A stretch of DNA of 64,000 bases from a virus (Duplodnaviria > Caudoviricetes), in IMG/VR virus record IMGVR_UViG_2904196114_000002, one strand, 5' to 3'. The notes under the pieces are model-generated. The model was given only the letters and a program-made list of their open reading frames with translations. It was not told the origin of the DNA and did not search any database. Shown here piece after piece: positions 32,875 through 43,017 of this stretch; the stretch's first letter is position 1, and every line of letters starts with the position of its first letter. The position numbers and the translations under genes are program-made.

Positions 32875-32975
32875 TGTAAGAAGTACCTCTCTATGATAGA
32901 ATATTTCATAGAAGATAACTTCTTGTATAAAGTAGTCCATCGTTACTTTGGTCGGTATGTGGGCTACTTTTTATT
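32875..32975 (+). ncRNA. Putative antisense sRNA in the leader of the BRO gene (promoter included)
   Basis: TTGTAA-N17-TAGAAT with TG extension; ends in AAGTAGTCCA...TGGGCTACTT hairpin plus T run. Confidence 0.45.
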
Positions 32976-33141
32976 TGTTTTCCAAAAGTAAATCTACTCC
33001 TTTTCTTATTGCTTCTGTTCTAGTAATATTTTCTTTCTCACAATAATCTAACAATTTCTTATGAGTATTTTCATCAAACCTTACTTTAACATCAACATTT
33101 TTAGGATTATCTACTTTTGGTCTTCCTATCTTAGAACTCAT
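32971..33141 (-). CDS. 56-aa ribbon-helix-helix DNA-binding protein (missing from ORF track)
   Basis: MSSKIGRPKVDNPKNVDVKVRFDENTHKKLLDYCEKENITRTEAIRKGVDLLLENK; RBS GAGGTG. Confidence 0.8.
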   Translation of the reverse strand: MSSKIGRPKVDNPKNVDVKVRFDENTHKKLLDYCEKENITRTEAIRKGVDLLLENK

Positions 33142-33452
33142 TGTTTCACCTCACTTTTTGTGTTCCACAATATAATCATATTATTTGCGTTCCAAAAAGT
33201 CAATATATTATCCAGATTTTTCTAATTATTTTTTTAATTAATCAATTTGAGGAATTTCATATATTATCAATCTCCAAACAAAACCTCTATCAACCTAAAA
33301 ATAATATTATACTAAAATCAAGACAACACATGATAACATTCGTATATATTTTGTTATCTTAATTTTAGTATAATAGCACCATATCAAAATGTCAACAAAA
33401 TATATACATTTGTTGTCATTTATGTTACACTTATGACAAAGGAGCTGATATT

Positions 33453-34289
33453 ATGGGAATCGGAGAGAATATAAAAACATTTAGAAAAGATAGAAGAATG
33501 ACTCAAGAACAATTAGCTGAGAAAGCTGGGATATCAAGAGTAGCATTAGGGAACTATGAAAGAGAAGAAAGAGTTCCAAATTTAGATATACTTGAAAAAT
33601 TAGCAACAGCTTTGGATACTTCCACAGATATAATAATGAATCTTCATAAATTTAGTCTTGATGAAATTCATGAGTTAAACATCACAGATGGAAATGATAT
33701 CCCTCTAACAGAAGAGAAATATGCTTATATAAAAGAAAAAATAGATTTTTATACATCAGAGATTATAGAAGCTCCTCACCATGCTTTAGAATCTTATTAT
33801 CAAAGAGCCTTTATGTATGCTATACTTGGAGATTATGAAAATGCAATTGCTGACTATACTAAAGTGATAGAGACAAATTCTAAATATAAAAATGCTCTAC
33901 TAGAAAGAGGAAATCTTTATACTTTCCTTGGATATCCTGAAAAAGCATTGTCAGATTTAGACAAAATTTTAGATTATCCTAATAGGAAAAATTGTAGAGA
34001 TATACTTGAAGTAACCATACCTTTGAAAGACTTAAATAAAATATTAAAAATACGTAATAAAAATAATAAAGAACAAACCCCTTACCATTTTAAAAAAATA
34101 AGATTTATAGACGACAATGCCATTTTACCATTTGATGAATTTGATGACCTTATAAAAAAAGAACATTTAAATAATAAAAAAGACAAGCCTTCTCTATCTA
34201 GTAAAATAGACCTACTAAACGATGATTGCCTAGACCTAATCTCCAATCTAGTGGATAAACTAATACAAGATAAAAACAATCTAAGATAA
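33453..34289 (+). CDS. XRE HTH + TPR regulator
   Basis: N-terminal HTH (MTQEQLAEKAGISRVALGNYER); TPR motifs (YYQRAFMYAILGDYENAIADYTKVIE; LLERGNLYTFLGYPEKALSDLDKIL). Confidence 0.85.
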   Translation: MGIGENIKTFRKDRRMTQEQLAEKAGISRVALGNYEREERVPNLDILEKLATALDTSTDIIMNLHKFSLDEIHELNITDGNDIPLTEEKYAYIKEKIDFYTSEIIEAPHHALESYYQRAFMYAILGDYENAIADYTKVIETNSKYKNALLERGNLYTFLGYPEKALSDLDKILDYPNRKNCRDILEVTIPLKDLNKILKIRNKNNKEQTPYHFKKIRFIDDNAILPFDEFDDLIKKEHLNNKKDKPSLSSKIDLLNDDCLDLISNLVDKLIQDKNNLR

Positions 34290-34345
34290 GTATCTCAACA
34301 ACTAGAGATGCTTATTTTTATTTCTAATATATAAACATAATTATC

Positions 34346-34369
34346 CTTGTCATACCTCTGTCATCATTG
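34346..34369. repeat. 24-bp direct repeat, copy 2
   Basis: Identical to 28197-28220. Confidence 0.85.
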
Positions 34370-34448
34370 GAATAACTGCAACATAAATTATTTAATAAAA
34401 AAAGACAATCAATTTAGATTGCCTCTAATATATACAAATTTAATTATC

Positions 34449-34817
34449 TTAATGCTTTTTTCTAACTAAATAATCCATAGTCCTCCTAAACCCGTTTTTT
34501 GCTTTCAATCTATATGCATATTTAAAATCATTTATATCACCAAATTTATTTATATATTTATTTATTGTATGAATTGAAACTCTTTCATAAAACAATTCAT
34601 TTTCTATTATGTATTGTGCATCTTGTAAATTACATTCATTTATATTTTCAAAAAGATGTTTAATTTTAGTCAGTAAATTAATATCTCGCTTCGTATATTC
34701 AATCATCTCAAGTCTTTGCTCATTCTTCTCTAATATATTTCCTTGAAATATTTCAGATGATTTAATTATACCCATACTTTTCACAAAATCTTTTTTAAAA
34801 TTTTCCATATACGTCAT
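34449..34817 (-). CDS. Hypothetical protein, paralog of 31753-32091
   Basis: Shared C-terminal motifs; RBS AGGGGG. Confidence 0.65.
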   Translation of the reverse strand: MTYMENFKKDFVKSMGIIKSSEIFQGNILEKNEQRLEMIEYTKRDINLLTKIKHLFENINECNLQDAQYIIENELFYERVSIHTINKYINKFGDINDFKYAYRLKAKNGFRRTMDYLVRKKH

Positions 34818-35043
34818 CCCCCTATAAAATGTACTTAAAAATACTAAATAATCTCGAAACTTATCTTTAATAATTTATTTTTGATAAGTTTCTCTTTTAA
34901 ATAGGATACGTATCTTTTAATTATATAATAATTTCTTTTCAGTAGAAAATCAAGTGAAAAGGAATGAACGCATAGGAAAACGGTATAAACGCAATTTCAA
35001 GAATAATTTTATTCATTTTATAATTATAAATAATTTATTTTAT

Positions 35044-35784
35044 TCAAAATCTATCACATAGAAAAGAAGTGAGACTCTTTTTAAAATTGTTATATTTTCT
35101 ATAAGAAATTGTAGCTTTTATCTTTCTATCACCTAAAATAACTTCTTTCCTGTTATAATTTCTAACTTCTAATAAATTTATTAAAAAACTTTTATGACAT
35201 CGAAAGAATATTTTACTAGAAAGTTTCTCTTCAATCCTTTTGATTTTAATTGCAGTAAAAAAACTTTCAGTCTTAGTATGAATCTTTATATATTTACCTA
35301 AACTCTCTATACATATTATCTCTTCTAATTTTATTACTTTTGTTTCATCTTTTATTTTAAATTCTATTAATTTCTTTTCTTCAGACCTCTCAATGAAATA
35401 TTTTGACATTATTTTTTCAAAAGAATTATATGCTATAGGTTTTAGTAAATAGCTAAAAGCTCTAACATCATAACCTTCTGTAGCATACGATACGAAAGCT
35501 GTTGCAAATATTATAACAACATCCTTATCTATTTTTCTTATTTCTTTTGCTGTTTCTAAGCCATTTATACCTTTAAGTCCTATGTCCATAAAAATTATAT
35601 CTGCTTTAATATAATTATTTATTAATTCTTCTCCATTATTAAAACAAATAATTTCATATTCAATATCTTTTTTAAAGAAAATCTCTATATATTCAAACAT
35701 TATTTTTCTTTGAATTTCTTCATCTTCACATATAATTATTTTAAACATAATAATACCTCCAATATTGCTATAAAGTTCAAACAA
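35044..35784 (-). CDS. LytTR-family response regulator (AgrA-like)
   Basis: Receiver domain (IIICEDE, IIFMDI, FATA, YLLKP) plus LytTR domain (FFRCHKSFLINL); real start probably the MFKIII ATG. Confidence 0.92.
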   Translation of the reverse strand: MFELYSNIGGIIMFKIIICEDEEIQRKIMFEYIEIFFKKDIEYEIICFNNGEELINNYIKADIIFMDIGLKGINGLETAKEIRKIDKDVVIIFATAFVSYATEGYDVRAFSYLLKPIAYNSFEKIMSKYFIERSEEKKLIEFKIKDETKVIKLEEIICIESLGKYIKIHTKTESFFTAIKIKRIEEKLSSKIFFRCHKSFLINLLEVRNYNRKEVILGDRKIKATISYRKYNNFKKSLTSFLCDRF

Positions 35785-36078
35785 GTCTTTCCGGAATTAT
35801 TATTTGTTATACAAATTCTAACACTTTTTCAAAATAATTAAAATGGAAAAATATGTAATAATATGTTATTTATTTTTGTTTTTTATCATTTTATTTGTTT
35901 TTTATAAATTTATATATAATATTCTATATTCTACAAATATAATAAGATTAGTAGCTCTTATTTTATTTAAAAATCTATAAGAGTTACTAATCTTATTATA
36001 TTTATGTCATATTTCCAAAATCGCCAACAGTGGCGATTACTTAGTATTCTTAATTAAATCCCGAACTATAGATATTTT

Positions 36079-36792
36079 CTAATTTTTCCATGTATATACA
36101 TCATCAATGTTTTCTAAATTATTAATTATTTCATAAACTTCATTAAATTTAGATGCTGGTATATCCTCCCATTTATTTACATTGTATCTAAAGAATATTT
36201 TAGTCATTATGGTTTTATAATCACAATCATTTGCCTTAACATTACATCCTCTAATATAAGATAATTTTAGTTTCAATAATTTTGATAACATAGTTACATT
36301 CTTAGCTCTAAGTCCAATTAGACTTTCTATCTCATTAATTTTTCGATTATTACTTTCTTCAATTCCATTAAACCTATCATCTACATACTGTGCTACAGAT
36401 TTAAATCCTCCCATAATACCACCTTGTATCATTTCTAATAGATAATTTTGATTCATATTGTATGTACCTGTTTTACGGATAGTTGGTAACACTTCATCAG
36501 TTACCCAGTCTTGAAATCTTTCAGCCTCTTCTTTTCTTGATTTAAATATTAACTTATATACTCCACTTTCTGTAAGAAATTTCTCTCCTGCATTATTTAA
36601 TTTTCGGATATGCATATTGTGCATATCTGAATTAGTCAGTTTAACTACCTGATTATCATTAAATTTTCTAATACTGCTGTTAACATCTGAAATCTCTAAA
36701 CACTCTGCCACATGTTTAGGATTGAATAAAATTTTACCATCAAACTCAAATACTTCAACTTCCTTACCTTCAAATACCATTAAATTATTCAT
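36079..36792 (-). CDS. Antirepressor, BRO-N + ORF6C-like C-terminus
   Basis: FLTESGVYKLIFKSRKEEAERFQDWVTDEVLPTIRKTG; C-terminus paralogous to 32106-32852. Confidence 0.88.
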   Translation of the reverse strand: MNNLMVFEGKEVEVFEFDGKILFNPKHVAECLEISDVNSSIRKFNDNQVVKLTNSDMHNMHIRKLNNAGEKFLTESGVYKLIFKSRKEEAERFQDWVTDEVLPTIRKTGTYNMNQNYLLEMIQGGIMGGFKSVAQYVDDRFNGIEESNNRKINEIESLIGLRAKNVTMLSKLLKLKLSYIRGCNVKANDCDYKTIMTKIFFRYNVNKWEDIPASKFNEVYEIINNLENIDDVYTWKN

Positions 36793-36980
36793 ATTGCAAT
36801 CTCCCTTTAAATTTTATTTTTGCCAAAGAGATTAGAATGATATTAATAACTACATGCTAACCCCTTAGCAATGCCTCATTATGTAATTATTAATCTCTTC
36901 TTATGTTCCTACATCAATAGCCTCGTGTTTCACACCCCTTTAACAGTTGTTAAAAATAAATATTTTTAATTTTATTTAGT

Positions 36981-37820
36981 TTAACAAACTTTTTCTTCTA
37001 TAACAGAAATCCATTCATTCTTTAACTCTTCCACATCATTTTCAAACAGCTTACATGCTATCTCATACAATTGAGGAATCATACTCATTTCTCTATCTAT
37101 ATAGTCTATCTTATTCTTAATTTTAGGTTTGATATCACAATTATTAATTCTTCTCTTCAAATCCAAATGATATTTTTTCTCAAATTCGTCATATAACAAA
37201 TTCCATCTCTTACTGAAATTTTTAGGTTCTGCCTTGTATTTAACTATTTGATTAATTCTCTGTCTTTTCTCTGCTAAACTTATATCTTCTACAAGTCCAA
37301 TTATTACATCTTCTTTATGGACAACTTCTGTTTCTAATTGTTTGATTTTCTCTCTCTTTTCTTTTAGTTCTGTAGCCAGTTTTATAATTGTATCTGGATT
37401 AGATAGTATTTCTTCTATCTTTGTATCAGTCATATAAGCTCCATGCTTACGAATAGTTGGAATTACATCTATTGCTAACCATTTTTGAAATTTTAATGCT
37501 GCTTCATTTTTAGCTTTCATTCCTAACATGTAAAAAAGTGATTCTGGTATGTAATCATCTTTCGACCACTTGTGGTCGAAACCAAACTCCTTAGAAAATT
37601 CATTCATTCTTTTCCATCTTACTGACTTATATTCTTTTTCACCTTTTTTCTCTACCTTGCACCAACCAAATCCAATCGCTGTATCTTCAGCATTAATACC
37701 TATACTTCCATCTTCATAACTTATAGTTCTAACATTTACCCCTAGCTCTTCATTTGAAAATACTTCATTTCTTTTTTCATTTTCCATATACACATCTCCC
37801 TTTTTATAAAATTTAACCAA
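36981..37820 (-). CDS. BRO-like antirepressor
   Basis: YIPESLFYMLGMKAKNEAALKFQKWLAIDVIPTIRKHGAYMT. Confidence 0.75.
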   Translation of the reverse strand: MVKFYKKGDVYMENEKRNEVFSNEELGVNVRTISYEDGSIGINAEDTAIGFGWCKVEKKGEKEYKSVRWKRMNEFSKEFGFDHKWSKDDYIPESLFYMLGMKAKNEAALKFQKWLAIDVIPTIRKHGAYMTDTKIEEILSNPDTIIKLATELKEKREKIKQLETEVVHKEDVIIGLVEDISLAEKRQRINQIVKYKAEPKNFSKRWNLLYDEFEKKYHLDLKRRINNCDIKPKIKNKIDYIDREMSMIPQLYEIACKLFENDVEELKNEWISVIEEKVC

Positions 37821-38007
37821 TACTTTTCATATTATTAATAATTATTTTATATTTTATTTAGTTGTTGGCGTCAACAAAATAATTTATACATTAAAAATAT
37901 GATTAGCATATTAATTCTCTATTTTTAAATAGTATCATACTTTTTCATATTTTACAATATATTTTTAAATTTTATTTATTTTAAGAAAATGTGCATATGA
38001 ATTTTAA

Positions 38008-38445
38008 CTATTCTACTGGTACTCCCAATCCATTCATAGTTGATTTAAAACATTTAGGAACTCTTTCTTGTGCCTTAGAATTACTTTCCTCCATTATATT
38101 TGTTCTAGGTCTAAATGCAGGATTATATTTAGTACTTCCATGTCCCCACACACCTCCATTTTCAAATCGCTCCATTGGAAAAGCATGTGCTTTGCTATAT
38201 ATATCAAACCAGCTCCCACTATCTTTAATTTCTGTAGCTACAGAATCTGATGTTATTTCAGACACATCTATTGCATTAAGTAATTCATAAGTTCTATCAT
38301 AAAGTGATGGAGCATAATCAGAATAAACTTGTTTGTTTACTTCTTCTTTTACTATCTCTTTCATTTCTTTTCCAACTTCAGGCATAGATGCAGCAATCTT
38401 ATTTTTTGTATAAGCAACCAATTCATCTAATGATTTAAATACCAT
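38008..38445 (-). CDS. Tail completion protein (HK97 gp10-like)
   Basis: YDRTYELLNAI...RPRTNIM pattern; position in the morphogenesis operon. Confidence 0.55.
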   Translation of the reverse strand: MVFKSLDELVAYTKNKIAASMPEVGKEMKEIVKEEVNKQVYSDYAPSLYDRTYELLNAIDVSEITSDSVATEIKDSGSWFDIYSKAHAFPMERFENGGVWGHGSTKYNPAFRPRTNIMEESNSKAQERVPKCFKSTMNGLGVPVE

Positions 38446-38895
38446 CTAATTCACTACCTTTTCTTTAATATTATTCATTTTTTCAATTTCTTCAGTCTCT
38501 TTTAAAACTCTGTCCTGCAATATCTCATTCTTCATCTGACCTAACTTAACCTCAGTATTCATTAATAAAGATGCAGTTAATTCATTTTCTATTTGACCTA
38601 TATAATACATCACAGTTTCTAATTCACTAGATACTTCACTATTTATTAAATTTTCTATTTCAATATTTAATTCTATATTAGTCAATTTATCAATCAACAT
38701 TTTAAGAATCTCTTCTTGAGACAATGCTAAATCAGGATTCTCCATACCAACCCATATTTTATTTAATATATCTTCCTTAGTTTTCTTATCAGGATTTCTA
38801 ACTTCTATATATTCCTCTTTACCATTCTCATCTACAATTGGTATTATAGCCCTAACTTTATCTTGTATTAATTTATCTACTTGTATTTTATTCAT
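38446..38895 (-). CDS. Putative tail assembly chaperone
   Basis: Acidic 149-aa protein; assignment from position only. Confidence 0.4.
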   Translation of the reverse strand: MNKIQVDKLIQDKVRAIIPIVDENGKEEYIEVRNPDKKTKEDILNKIWVGMENPDLALSQEEILKMLIDKLTNIELNIEIENLINSEVSSELETVMYYIGQIENELTASLLMNTEVKLGQMKNEILQDRVLKETEEIEKMNNIKEKVVN

Positions 38896-38908
38896 ATCTA
38901 TCTCTCCC

Positions 38909-39727
38909 TTATTTTATTATTGGATATTTACACTTAATAGAAACTTTACAGTTTCCAGTAAACTTCAATATATTTACACCTCTTCTTAACCTAATCCACT
39001 TTCTATTAACAATATTGAATCTATTCTCACCATTACTATTTAAAACAGTGTAATACAAATTATCTATTGTTATTTTTTCATTTAATCCTAATCCACTTAT
39101 AACTAAATTGTCTTCTTCATTATCGCTGATAGTGGAGTTTCTAATTGTTATATCTCCTTCTTTTAGACATTCAATATCGATTACTGGAGCATATTCTTCA
39201 TCTACATTAGACACATTATTTAGTTTAATTTCCCTTGTATCTTTAACAGTTATTACCTTTTGAAAGTTCTTATAAGCATAATTTGTATATGGTTGAAACT
39301 CTATTTCTAGCACACCTTTTTTATCTTTTGTATATTTTTTTATTATTTTCTTTGCTTTAAAATAATAAATTTCTTCTATATTGTCATAACTAATAAAAGG
39401 TTTAAACTCCCTCTGCCAAAACCAATTACAAATATTTTCTAATGTATAATCATCCCATTCATAAGCCTCTCCATGTTCACTACACAAACAGAATTGTAGT
39501 GTTATAGGTTCAATAGTAGTTTCATCCTCTGAGTAACAAGGATTCTTATTAAAACTACTATCAGATTTAATTGCTTCTTCGTAGGGTAATCCATATTCAT
39601 TTAGTATTTCATCATCACCTAAAGTAACTAATTTAATGTTCATGGATTCACTTGAGATATTATCAAATAAAAACTTATCATCTAAAAATACCAATTTATC
39701 ACCTTCTTTCATTTTTTTTAAGTTCAA
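38909..39727 (-). CDS. Distal tail protein (Dit)-like; real start probably TTG at 39694
   Basis: FLFDNISSESMNI...YAPVIDI...WIRLRRGVNILKFTG, a siphovirus Dit-like pattern. Confidence 0.65.
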   Translation of the reverse strand: MNLKKMKEGDKLVFLDDKFLFDNISSESMNIKLVTLGDDEILNEYGLPYEEAIKSDSSFNKNPCYSEDETTIEPITLQFCLCSEHGEAYEWDDYTLENICNWFWQREFKPFISYDNIEEIYYFKAKKIIKKYTKDKKGVLEIEFQPYTNYAYKNFQKVITVKDTREIKLNNVSNVDEEYAPVIDIECLKEGDITIRNSTISDNEEDNLVISGLGLNEKITIDNLYYTVLNSNGENRFNIVNRKWIRLRRGVNILKFTGNCKVSIKCKYPIIK

Positions 39728-39764
39728 ATCCGATTAAAACCACATTTAAACGTAAAAAAATAAC

Positions 39765-39786
39765 CCCTACTCAATTAAGAGTAGGG
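39765..39786 (-). terminator. Hairpin terminator with CAATTAAG loop
   Basis: CCCTACT-CAATTAAG-AGTAGGG followed by a T run on the minus strand. Confidence 0.65.
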
Positions 39787-39793
39787 CATTTTA

Positions 39794-40612
39794 CTATTTC
39801 TTAGGTTTAGTATCTTTCTCATCTTCTAATTCAACACCTAGCATTGAAGCCATTCTAGCAGGATTAAGATTTTCATCTCCTATAAATGTGAATGTAGCAT
39901 ACTCTTTATTTTCATCTGGTAAAACATCTAATGTCATATTAAATCCAGATGGGTTCTCAGCAGTAAGATTTAACTCTATACTTCTTTGTGCTTTTGCATT
40001 TGGAACACTCATGTATAAAACCATATATTCACCATCCACAGTTTTAACCATTACCTCAGCTTCTACAACGTAATTTGGTGCAGTAGATTCTTCTTTTATT
40101 TTTACAACTTTTGCTTTTGGTATTTCTTCTAAATAGAATACTGCTACCTTATCTCCTGCATTAAAATCGGCAGTAGATATTGTTATTTCTGTATTAGCTC
40201 CTGTAACTGATGAAGTGAATTGTAATTTCTTAATTATAGATATTCCATCACTTTCTATACTATATACAGATATGCTATTTGCAACTGGCTTTATATTTTC
40301 TAAAGTAACTTTCTTAGTACTATCAGATGTTAATACTTTTCTTTTCCCAACCTTTGCAGTTTTTTCATCTATATCAGAAGATAATAACATCGCTAATTGT
40401 GCCATTTGTATTACTTCTTGTTCCATTGTTAAACTTGCTGTTATTGCTCCATCAAAAGCTATTGTATTTGCACCTTTAGCTTTTGCATAAACTGATTCTG
40501 AATCCAGCTTAAAGTTAAAAGCATTTAAATCCTGTGAATAAAACAATACTTCTCCTGTTACTTTATCTTTTACTATTACATTACCTGCATCTTTCACTGC
40601 AAATCTTTTCAT
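39794..40612 (-). CDS. Major tail tube protein
   Basis: 272-aa beta-rich protein followed by a terminator; SPbeta-like gene position. Confidence 0.65.
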   Translation of the reverse strand: MKRFAVKDAGNVIVKDKVTGEVLFYSQDLNAFNFKLDSESVYAKAKGANTIAFDGAITASLTMEQEVIQMAQLAMLLSSDIDEKTAKVGKRKVLTSDSTKKVTLENIKPVANSISVYSIESDGISIIKKLQFTSSVTGANTEITISTADFNAGDKVAVFYLEEIPKAKVVKIKEESTAPNYVVEAEVMVKTVDGEYMVLYMSVPNAKAQRSIELNLTAENPSGFNMTLDVLPDENKEYATFTFIGDENLNPARMASMLGVELEDEKDTKPKK

Positions 40613-40658
40613 ATTATAAAATCATCCTCTCATTTTTTTTGCATAAAAAATAGCACTG

Positions 40659-41462
40659 CTATTTAACAGTGCTAAGTGGTATTTTTATCTCTTTAGACCA
40701 ATGCTTCATTTTATCCATATCGGTTTGATATTTAAATGACCATGCAAAGCCTAAACTTTCATCATAATTTTTAAATTGTATCTTAGTCTTATAAGCATTA
40801 ATTAATTGCCAATAAGTCATTTTTAAAATCACATCCATTGATATATATCCATCTATATTTTGAACTATATTTATATAATCACATAAATGGTATGCTTCTT
40901 TTTCTCTTTTCTTTCTTTCCTTCTCTTTAAAATGTGCAATTAACTGTTTTTCTCTTTCAGAGCCAGTATTTTCAATCCACTTATCTTCCTCATCTTTAAA
41001 TAAATTCTTTTTATCAATATAAAACATTTCTAAAATTAAATCTGATACTAGTCCAAAATCCTCTCTACTTATAAAAGCATTTTTCTTTTTATCATCAAAT
41101 TTAATTAAAATTCCCGTTTTAATATTATTCATATATTCAATATTTTTAATATCAGTTTTATATAATATAGATAAAGATTTTTTTATCTTATCACTAAGTA
41201 ACTCAATTTTTTCAGAAGAATCTTTTCTTGATGTTAACATCATCAAATCTAAGATAGGTATAGCATCATATTTACATTTCAATTCAAATGATTCCTCGTT
41301 ACATAGCTGAGAATAGCTCTTTTCAAGTACTAAAAATGGATTGACTATCTCTAAATTAGCCATATCAAATTTAATTAGCTCTTCAATAGTAGGTTGATAT
41401 ACAGTTCCTAATATTTCACTTAGTTTAATTGGTAATCCTGTAATATAATAATTTTCCAACAT
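40659..41462 (-). CDS. Virion morphogenesis protein
   Basis: Coupled ORF in the head-tail region; SPbeta-like synteny. Confidence 0.5.
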   Translation of the reverse strand: MLENYYITGLPIKLSEILGTVYQPTIEELIKFDMANLEIVNPFLVLEKSYSQLCNEESFELKCKYDAIPILDLMMLTSRKDSSEKIELLSDKIKKSLSILYKTDIKNIEYMNNIKTGILIKFDDKKKNAFISREDFGLVSDLILEMFYIDKKNLFKDEEDKWIENTGSEREKQLIAHFKEKERKKREKEAYHLCDYINIVQNIDGYISMDVILKMTYWQLINAYKTKIQFKNYDESLGFAWSFKYQTDMDKMKHWSKEIKIPLSTVK

Positions 41463-41956
41463 TACATATCACCAAAACTTTCAGCTGATACAGTTATAAC
41501 AAATCCGTTATAATCCGTATTTAAATTATACATTTGATATACATTTTCTAACTTAATCTTACCTATACCAGCTATTTCCTCATTTTGAGTTACAATATCA
41601 ACTATACAACATACTAATGCAACATCTCTTAAGCCATTTGCTGTACTTTGGCATTCATCATGACAAACAACACCAATTTCTATCTTTGTTTTTTTAATTG
41701 TCCTACTTCCTTCAAAGCATGGCCTATACTCTGACATTATTATAAAAACTGAAATATCTGCTTCTTTTAATACTTTTTCTACTCTTCTATTTAGAAATAC
41801 TTTTTTGTTTCTAAGTTCTTTAACAGGATTTTTTATATCAGGCATGGATAAAATATCTTTTTGGGATTCATCATTATAAATCATAAATTTAGCGAAGTCT
41901 TGATTTGACATTAGAGTTGCTCCTATATTACTTATCATCTTGTTAGGGAAAGCCAT
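41462..41956 (-). CDS. Putative tail terminator protein
   Basis: Size and position between head closure and tail tube genes. Confidence 0.45.
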   Translation of the reverse strand: MAFPNKMISNIGATLMSNQDFAKFMIYNDESQKDILSMPDIKNPVKELRNKKVFLNRRVEKVLKEADISVFIIMSEYRPCFEGSRTIKKTKIEIGVVCHDECQSTANGLRDVALVCCIVDIVTQNEEIAGIGKIKLENVYQMYNLNTDYNGFVITVSAESFGDM

Positions 41957-41970
41957 ATAAACCCATATAT

Positions 41971-43017
41971 CTACCCCCTTAGTGTTATTTTTTTAGTATC
42001 TATTGTTTTATTTGTATCTTTATCTTTAGCCAATAGCAAGGCTTCAAAGCCAGAATATTTAGCCAATGTATTAGCCTGTATGACACATTTTTTCTCATCT
42101 TGATTAATTATATTACAATACCTATATTGCTTGTCTAAGAGCCATTCAACTCCTTGGGAATGGTCTATTCTGTATTCATTTTCTTCACCTAGATTAATAA
42201 ATCCGTCCCCCATAATTTTACTAAAAGGAATAATTATATTATCATTTTCAGATAAATCATTCCAAGCAATATTATTTATTGTATCATCTTTTGAAATCAA
42301 TGCATCTTGTAAACAAATAGCTTTAATAAGACCATCTGCCCCCGTTTCTCTGCCATTATACTCAAAGTCATTAATACTAGTAACTCTAAATGCAGTTTTA
42401 CCAGTTAACATTATTCTAGTGTCAATATCTATAGTTTTAGTGACAGGATTACTTCCAAAATAAAGCTGTCTTTTTGTATCTGAGATAGAAGTATATTTAT
42501 TATCTGCCATACCATCAGAATATAAGGTTAAATTTTCAACAGCTATAGGGATTTTATACATCTGACCTTTATATTTATAATTAAAGAATTGATTGCATCT
42601 TTTTATTATAAAATGTTTATATGTATCCATTTCTTTATGTTCCTTAAATATAGTTAACCAATAACAATTATCATAGAAAAGATAACAACCCACATCTACA
42701 TCTAAATCAGATTCAACTAATAGATTTTTTTCATCTAAAGCTCTTTTATCATTATTAGTTATATCATTAATTGCAACTATAGCTCTTTTAGTATCTTCTG
42801 TTATACAAATTTCATCTATATCAGTTATTGGTACTTCAATACAGGTTGGTGTTTCTTTTAGGTATTTCTTAAAACTTAATCTAAGTTGTAATATTCTTTT
42901 TTCTTTAGGAGTTGAACAACCAAGTCCAATTCTTTTTTTAAAATTATTAATATAACTACTCAATTTTATCCCAACCTTTAAACCCTTTATATGAATACCT
43001 TGTCTTATATTTGGCAA
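41971..43017 (-). CDS. Putative head closure / neck protein (real start probably TTG at 42963)
   Basis: Position in the head-tail joining block. Confidence 0.45.
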   Translation of the reverse strand: MPNIRQGIHIKGLKVGIKLSSYINNFKKRIGLGCSTPKEKRILQLRLSFKKYLKETPTCIEVPITDIDEICITEDTKRAIVAINDITNNDKRALDEKNLLVESDLDVDVGCYLFYDNCYWLTIFKEHKEMDTYKHFIIKRCNQFFNYKYKGQMYKIPIAVENLTLYSDGMADNKYTSISDTKRQLYFGSNPVTKTIDIDTRIMLTGKTAFRVTSINDFEYNGRETGADGLIKAICLQDALISKDDTINNIAWNDLSENDNIIIPFSKIMGDGFINLGEENEYRIDHSQGVEWLLDKQYRYCNIINQDEKKCVIQANTLAKYSGFEALLLAKDKDTNKTIDTKKITLRG

